Assembly: GCA_964453655.1 (NCBI GenBank)
Contig: CAYVSP010000003.1
Location: 1-44,902, forward strand
Direction: 5' to 3'
Origin: an uncultured Candidatus Saccharibacteria bacterium
GTDB taxonomy: Bacteria > Patescibacteriota > Saccharimonadia > Saccharimonadales > CAYVSP01
Length of the DNA: 44,902 bases
The notes under the pieces were generated by a model. The model ran no database searches. It saw only the letters and a list, made by a program, of their open reading frames with translations, and was not told where the DNA came from. The position numbers and the translations under genes are program-made. Positions 41,547 through 44,902 of the stretch are shown piece by piece; position 1 is the first letter of the stretch; each line of letters opens with the position of its first letter.

Positions 41547-44500
41547 ATGAGTATATTAAATCGTAAATTTTTAACAATTTTACGATCTTTATCATTGTTT
41601 GGTGTATTTGCAGTCTTTCTTCTTAGTTTAATTGCACCCGTTTCTCGTGTTTTTGCCGACGCAGCTGATCCTATCCCCGCCTCTACAGTCGGGCAAGTTG
41701 TTGTCAATGGCGATAGTACTGTAACTGTTACAGTAAATGGCCAGTGGCAGTGGACAACTCATAATAGCGATTGTAATTTAGACCGTTTTGGCGTTGGATC
41801 GGCAGTTGACTGGAATGACTCTTCTCAGCCTGGCAACACGGTTGGTACTATCAACGGCACGACAGTTGATGTGGGGGCCGCTGCGAGTAATAGCTTGAAT
41901 CCGGCCGATAATACTGTTCACTACTTAGCTAACCCGGCAGGCACAATAAACCCGGTAACAAATGCGCCATATGCTGGTACTACATACTGTGGTACTTACA
42001 GCGTAGCTAATGATTATAATTCCGGTAATTGGGGCCCGCTTTCACACACCTACCCGGCTGGCACAACCTCAATCAGCCCTTGTGTCGTAACATATGACAT
42101 TCATGCTAATGAGGGAAATAATACTTTTCCAAGAACGCCCAAATCAGACCATCTTGTTGCGGGTGGCAACAATCACAACGATGACAACTCTATACAAAAG
42201 AATGCCAATACACCTCTCGGCAATGGTTGTTTCACGGCCAACATCCAGAACTTGATCGTAGTTAAGCACGTTATTAATGATAATAATGGAACCAAAACGG
42301 CTAGTGACTTCACTATGAATGTGACGGCTAATAATCCGTCGCAAAGTTCTTTCCCTGGGAGTGAAGCCGGTACGACCGTACAAGTTGGTACCGGTGCTTA
42401 TAGCGTAGATGAAAGCCCTGTGGCTGATTATGCAAAAACTTTGGGCGCCGGCTGTTCTGGTACCTTTGCAGCCGGTGAAACCAAAATCTGCACTATTACA
42501 AATGATGATGTTGTTCCACCGCCAACTCTTAAGTTGGTTAAGACTGTTACCAACGATAACGGTGGGACCAAAACGGCTAGTGACTTTCAAGGAAAAATAG
42601 ATGGAAACAATGTTGATTGGTCTACTCCGGTAGTCGTAACAGCCGGTCAACATACAGCCAGTGAGGTTACTCTACCTTCCTATACAGCCAGCTCTTGGGG
42701 TGGTGACTGTGCAGCTAACGGCACCATTACACTAGCGGCTGGGCAAAACGCCACTTGTACTATTACAAATAATGATAAGCCTCCTATTGTTATTGTTAAC
42801 AAACTAGTCAGCAATCCCTATGGCACTGCCCTCAGCGCCAATTCATTCCCATTGTTTGTTGACGCTACTCAAGTAACCAACGGGGCTTCAAATACCCAGT
42901 TTAATGCCGGTAATCACACCGTAAGTGAAACGCAACAAACAGGCTACAGCTTTACTGGTGTTACGGGTGATTGCTCGATCGATAATTTCCAAGTTATAAA
43001 TATAATGTTGAGCATAGGAACCACATCAACCTGTACCCTAACCAACACAGCTATTCAGCCAAAGCTAATTGTTAAGAAGCACGTCATTAATGACAACAAT
43101 GGGACGAAGACGGCTAGTGACTTTACCATGACAGTTGGCGGTAATTCGGTCGTAGTTCCAAACTTTCCTGGTGATGAAGCCGGTACAACCATTAATTTGA
43201 ATGAGGGCAATTACTCTGTAGATGAGTTAGCTGTTGCCGGATATACAAAAAGCTTAGGCGCCAACTGTAGCGGTACCATAGCTATCGGCGAAACTAAAAC
43301 CTGTACCGTCACCAATGACGACATTGCACAGCCAACTTTGACGTTAGTAAAAACTGTTACAAACAATAACGGCGGCACCAAGACAGCTAATGATTTCCAG
43401 GGTAAGATCGACGGCAACAATGTGGCTTGGTCTACTCCAGTAACCGTAGCTCCTGGTCAGCATAGCGCTAGCGAAGTTACACTGCCTAATTATTCAGCTA
43501 GCTCTTGGGGCGGCGATTGTGCAACCAATGGTAGCATTACCTTATCTTTTGGCCAGAATGCGACCTGTACCATTACCAACGATGATATCCCGCCATCGGT
43601 CATTGTTAACAAGCTAGTCAGCAACCCTTATGGGACACCGCTGGATGCTAGTCTCTTCCCACTCTTCGTTGACGCCACACAGGTAACCAATGGTGCTACA
43701 AACACCCAATTTAATGCTGGTAGCCACACCGTTAGTGAAACCCAGCAGACTGGTTATAGTTTAACTGGCATAAGCGGTGACTGCACTATGGGCAACTCAG
43801 CCATCGGAATTATGTTAAGTATTGGTGTTACTTCATCTTGTACTTTGACTAACACAGCTATTCAACCAAAGTTGATAGTCAAAAAGCACGTTATTAACGA
43901 TAATAGCGGTACTGAGTCAGCTGATGATTTCACTATGACAGTCAGCGGTAATTCAGTTGTGGTTCCTAACTTCCCTGGCGATGAGGGTGGTACAACCATT
44001 AATCTGAACGAGGGTAGTTATTCAGCCGATGAGTTGGCCGATGCCGGCTATACCAAGAGTATTGGAGCCAACTGTAGCGGTACAATAGCCATAGGTGAAA
44101 CGAAAACCTGCACAATTACCAACAACGACGTTCCCCATCCTCAAATCCATGTCGTCAAAAGCGGCCAAGCAACCGCTCATGAAGGCGACACCGTGACTTA
44201 TACATTCACCGTAACTAATACTGGTGATACGCCGCTGGATAACATAACCGTCAACGATAATGTAGCTGGTGTCGGTAACTATCAATCGGGTGACAGTAAT
44301 AATGACGGTATTTTGCAAACCACCGAAACGTGGATATACACCAAAGACTTCGTAATTCCAACCCCTCAGATAGCAAATGTCAATAATACCGTAACAGCAT
44401 GTGGACACCTTAACCAAACGCAAGTTTGTGACACTGATTACCACCATCTGGATGTGCTGCATCCATCCATCCAGGTTGTTAAGTCAGGTCCAGCAACTGC

Positions 44501-44902
44501 GTTCCAAGGCGACACCGTGACTTATCACTTTACTGTGACCAATACCGGAGACATTGCCCTTAACAACGTTGGTATAGATGACGACATTGCAATCGGTGAA
44601 GTATGTAACGATAATACTTTGGATATTGGTGCGTCAACCACTTGCACAGCAACCTACACAATACCTTCATCACAAACTGCTGATGTTACAAACCACGTAA
44701 TTGCCAGCGGCACTGACTCGCTACAAAAAACAGTTACAGATACCGACGAACACACCCTAGTCGTGTTGCACCCATCTATCCAAGTCGTTAAATCAGGTCC
44801 GACCTCAGCCACACCTGGCAGTACTGTGACTTACACCTTTACAGTAACCAATACCGGTAATACACCTATCAGTGCAGTAACAGTCAACGATAACATTGCC
44901 GG
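41547..44902 (+). CDS. Giant repeat-rich surface protein (partial; runs off the window end)
   Basis: It is absent from the ORF track because no stop lies within the window. I translated 41547-44902 by eye without meeting a stop. It has a signal peptide (MSILNRKFLTILRSLSLFGVFAVFLLSLIAPVSRVFA). Next come tandem prealbumin/Cna-B-like modules (..VKHVINDNNGTKTASDFTM.. and ..LVKTVTNDNGGTKTASDF..). From about 44139 it has DUF11-type repeats (VVKSG....GDTVTYTFTVTNTG..). Confidence 0.85.
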   Translation, partial: MSILNRKFLTILRSLSLFGVFAVFLLSLIAPVSRVFADAADPIPASTVGQVVVNGDSTVTVTVNGQWQWTTHNSDCNLDRFGVGSAVDWNDSSQPGNTVGTINGTTVDVGAAASNSLNPADNTVHYLANPAGTINPVTNAPYAGTTYCGTYSVANDYNSGNWGPLSHTYPAGTTSISPCVVTYDIHANEGNNTFPRTPKSDHLVAGGNNHNDDNSIQKNANTPLGNGCFTANIQNLIVVKHVINDNNGTKTASDFTMNVTANNPSQSSFPGSEAGTTVQVGTGAYSVDESPVADYAKTLGAGCSGTFAAGETKICTITNDDVVPPPTLKLVKTVTNDNGGTKTASDFQGKIDGNNVDWSTPVVVTAGQHTASEVTLPSYTASSWGGDCAANGTITLAAGQNATCTITNNDKPPIVIVNKLVSNPYGTALSANSFPLFVDATQVTNGASNTQFNAGNHTVSETQQTGYSFTGVTGDCSIDNFQVINIMLSIGTTSTCTLTNTAIQPKLIVKKHVINDNNGTKTASDFTMTVGGNSVVVPNFPGDEAGTTINLNEGNYSVDELAVAGYTKSLGANCSGTIAIGETKTCTVTNDDIAQPTLTLVKTVTNNNGGTKTANDFQGKIDGNNVAWSTPVTVAPGQHSASEVTLPNYSASSWGGDCATNGSITLSFGQNATCTITNDDIPPSVIVNKLVSNPYGTPLDASLFPLFVDATQVTNGATNTQFNAGSHTVSETQQTGYSLTGISGDCTMGNSAIGIMLSIGVTSSCTLTNTAIQPKLIVKKHVINDNSGTESADDFTMTVSGNSVVVPNFPGDEGGTTINLNEGSYSADELADAGYTKSIGANCSGTIAIGETKTCTITNNDVPHPQIHVVKSGQATAHEGDTVTYTFTVTNTGDTPLDNITVNDNVAGVGNYQSGDSNNDGILQTTETWIYTKDFVIPTPQIANVNNTVTACGHLNQTQVCDTDYHHLDVLHPSIQVVKSGPATAFQGDTVTYHFTVTNTGDIALNNVGIDDDIAIGEVCNDNTLDIGASTTCTATYTIPSSQTADVTNHVIASGTDSLQKTVTDTDEHTLVVLHPSIQVVKSGPTSATPGSTVTYTFTVTNTGNTPISAVTVNDNIA
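42252..44140 (+). repeat. Tandem coding repeats of about 810 bp within the giant surface-protein gene
   Basis: Repeat units start near 42252, 43065 and 43872 (LIVVKHVINDNNG / LIVKKHVINDNNG / LIVKKHVINDNSG). Each full unit comprises three sub-domains. The third unit is truncated. Confidence 0.8.

Noticed and set aside
42144-44462. Minus-strand ORFs 42144-42653, 43211-43420 and 44022-44462
   Set aside because: All are antisense to the continuous plus-strand giant surface-protein frame, whose repeat structure and signal peptide are convincing.

Overview
This is a gene-dense 44.9 kb window. Its content suggests a small-genome, Gram-positive-type bacterium, possibly Patescibacteria/CPR (Saccharibacteria-like). 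That placement is inferred from gene content only; no search was run.

Core genes:
- tmRNA, MarR, rsmA, an RpfB/YabE-like wall hydrolase, pcrA
- a tpiA-pgk-pyk glycolytic block
- murD with a coupled PP-loop partner
- folD, folA-folC
- tRNA-Glu, tRNA-Lys and tRNA-Arg

Four accessory regions stand out:
1. Directly downstream of tRNA-Lys (28.9-31.7 kb) lies an array of about six single-gene cassettes. Each is bounded by a roughly 50-nt direct repeat whose invariant 10-nt core, TGGCCCTCCA, equals the 3' end (including CCA) of the tRNA. Most cassettes carry their own promoter-like module placed for leaderless translation. No recombinase is adjacent. This is my top candidate for an undescribed integron-like or tRNA-anchored cassette system.
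2. A roughly 4.4 kb mini-island sits at the 3' end of tRNA-Glu. It carries a large serine recombinase whose ORF reads into the tRNA, a small HTH ORF, a MvaI/BcnI-type restriction-modification pair and an unknown third gene.
3. A translationally coupled operon encodes a PaaK-like adenylating enzyme, a ThiF/E1-like enzyme, an Acg-type nitroreductase fused to an alpha/beta hydrolase, and a sensor kinase. It is flanked by a divergent aminotransferase and an orphan receiver.
4. A family of secreted proteins carries a variant LxNTG sorting signal. A sortase and a giant repeat-rich surface protein lie elsewhere in the window.

A tightly folded element of about 180 nt abuts the 5' end of tRNA-Lys.

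All homology calls come from motif recognition by eye, not database searches.
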